This document shows positions 62,829 through 64,000 of a DNA stretch of 64,000 bases, piece by piece (the first letter of the stretch is position 1; each line of letters starts with the position of its first letter). Both the position numbers and the translations under genes were made by a program. The notes beneath the pieces are model-generated. The model made no database searches and had not been told where the DNA came from. It saw nothing but the letters and a program-made list of their open reading frames with translations. The stretch lies in NCBI GenBank assembly GCA_965197725.1, contig CBDANQ010000054.1:1-64000 (forward strand). Direction: 5' to 3'. The DNA is from Longimicrobiales bacterium (lineage in GTDB: Bacteria > Gemmatimonadota > Gemmatimonadetes > Longimicrobiales > Gaopeijiaceae).

Positions 62829-64000
62829 CTAGGAGCTCGTCCGCATGAGAGCCTCCACCTCGTCGATCTGTCGAGGCGCCCCGGCCGACAGGATCACCGG
62901 ATCCCCATCTGTGACGAGCACATCATCTTCGATGCGAACACCGATGTTCCACCACTTCGGGTCGATGTCCTCGGCGGCAGGGATGTAGATGCCCGGTTCG
63001 ATCGTAACGACCTCGCCAGGGCGGAGCGGTCCGTAGCTACCCACGTCGTGCACGTCGAGCCCGAGGTAATGGCTGGTCCCGTGCATGAAGAAGCGACGCA
63101 GCCCGCCCTGGTCGGCGGCGCTCGAGATCAGCCCGAGGTCCGCCAGCCCTTTTGCAAGCACACGCGATGCCTCGCGGTTCGAGGCAAAGAACGGGTTGCC
63201 GGCCCGTGTTGCTTGGATGCCGGCTTCCTGAGCGCGGTAGACGAGCTCGTAGATCGCGCGCTGCTCGGGTGAATAGGTGCCGCTCACTGGAATCGTGCGT
63301 GTCACGTCGGCCGAGTAGCCGTGGACTTCAGCTCCGATATCGATGACGACCACATCACCCGCCTCGGTGACCCGCCGGTTCGTGATGTAGTGCAAGATGG
63401 TCGAGTTCTCGCCGCTGCCGACGATGCTGTTGAAGCCAGGCTGCTCGGAGCCGTTGCGTTTGAACGTGTATTCGACGAGCGCCTCGATCTCGTACTCGGC
63501 CCACCCTGCCTTCACCTGCCGCATGACCTCGCGGTGCGCCTCGGCGGTGATGTCGATCGCGCGCCGCAACGCGGTCATCTCCTCATCGGACTTGATCGCA
63601 CGCAGTTCGTCCAGGAGTCCTCGGAGCGGTGTGGCACCACTGGTACCGCCCCCAGCTAGCGCCTCCGGATCCACGTTGTCGATCAACGCGGTGAGCTGGT
63701 CACGCAGCGCTGATCGTTCAGGGACTCCGTCGGGAAAACCGAGGTGGTAAACACGGTGCTGCCCAGTCCGCAGCAAAGGCACCAAGACCTCGCTGAAGCG
63801 CGTCGCCTCGAAGGCGAGCTGCACTCCGAGCCGCCGCATAGCGCGCTCTGCACCGAATCGGCGCCCGTCCCATACCTCGCGCGCGGGATCGCGCGGTGGC
63901 ACGAACAGGATTTCGTGCACGCGCTCGCCGTCCACTTTCAGCCCCCCCGATGCCATGATCAACGCAGAGCCAGGCTCCTCGCTTCCGGTGAGGTAGAGGA
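62829..64000 (-). CDS. pepP: Xaa-Pro aminopeptidase (M24B); 5' end outside the window
   Basis: LHY, IDIG, ADVTRT, HGTSHYLGLDVHD, TIEPGIY, RIEDD. Confidence 0.92.
   Translation of the reverse strand, partial: LYLTGSEEPGSALIMASGGLKVDGERVHEILFVPPRDPAREVWDGRRFGAERAMRRLGVQLAFEATRFSEVLVPLLRTGQHRVYHLGFPDGVPERSALRDQLTALIDNVDPEALAGGGTSGATPLRGLLDELRAIKSDEEMTALRRAIDITAEAHREVMRQVKAGWAEYEIEALVEYTFKRNGSEQPGFNSIVGSGENSTILHYITNRRVTEAGDVVVIDIGAEVHGYSADVTRTIPVSGTYSPEQRAIYELVYRAQEAGIQATRAGNPFFASNREASRVLAKGLADLGLISSAADQGGLRRFFMHGTSHYLGLDVHDVGSYGPLRPGEVVTIEPGIYIPAAEDIDPKWWNIGVRIEDDVLVTDGDPVILSAGAPRQIDEVEALMRTSS

Overview
High-GC bacterial window; the gene set (DUF4837, DUF2911, DUF4331, NHL lipoprotein, Bat-like proteins) suggests Gemmatimonadota, which is an inference. 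It has three zones. (1) About 1-12.9 kb looks like the decayed right end of an integrated mobile island: GC-hairpin origin-like tract, ParA/RHH partition remnant, DinJ-YafQ TA pair, AlpA, an AT-rich att-like end, two paralogous OM beta-barrel genes and a DAACS symporter, cut by IS3 and IS256 elements. (2) About 12.9-30 kb is a mosaic of gene fragments plus a five-layer nested IS stack (IS21 > IS3 > IS30 > IS3-like end > IS256), three of whose insertions keep readable target duplications, and a Mo-oxidoreductase whose Tat RR motif carries a stop codon. (3) About 30-64 kb is mostly chromosomal: two tandem atypical nucleotide cyclases, a sigK-rskA-DUF4331x2-TPR module with two matching ECF-like promoters (one overlapping a 15-bp hairpin), cysK, yajQ, czcD, an IS1182-like element, prlC, a methyltransferase/FAD oxidoreductase/type III PKS cassette, ychF and pepP. 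Single-base frameshifts are frequent and may be sequencing error or gene decay. No rRNA, tRNA or CRISPR array was seen. All family calls come from motif recognition by eye, not database searches.
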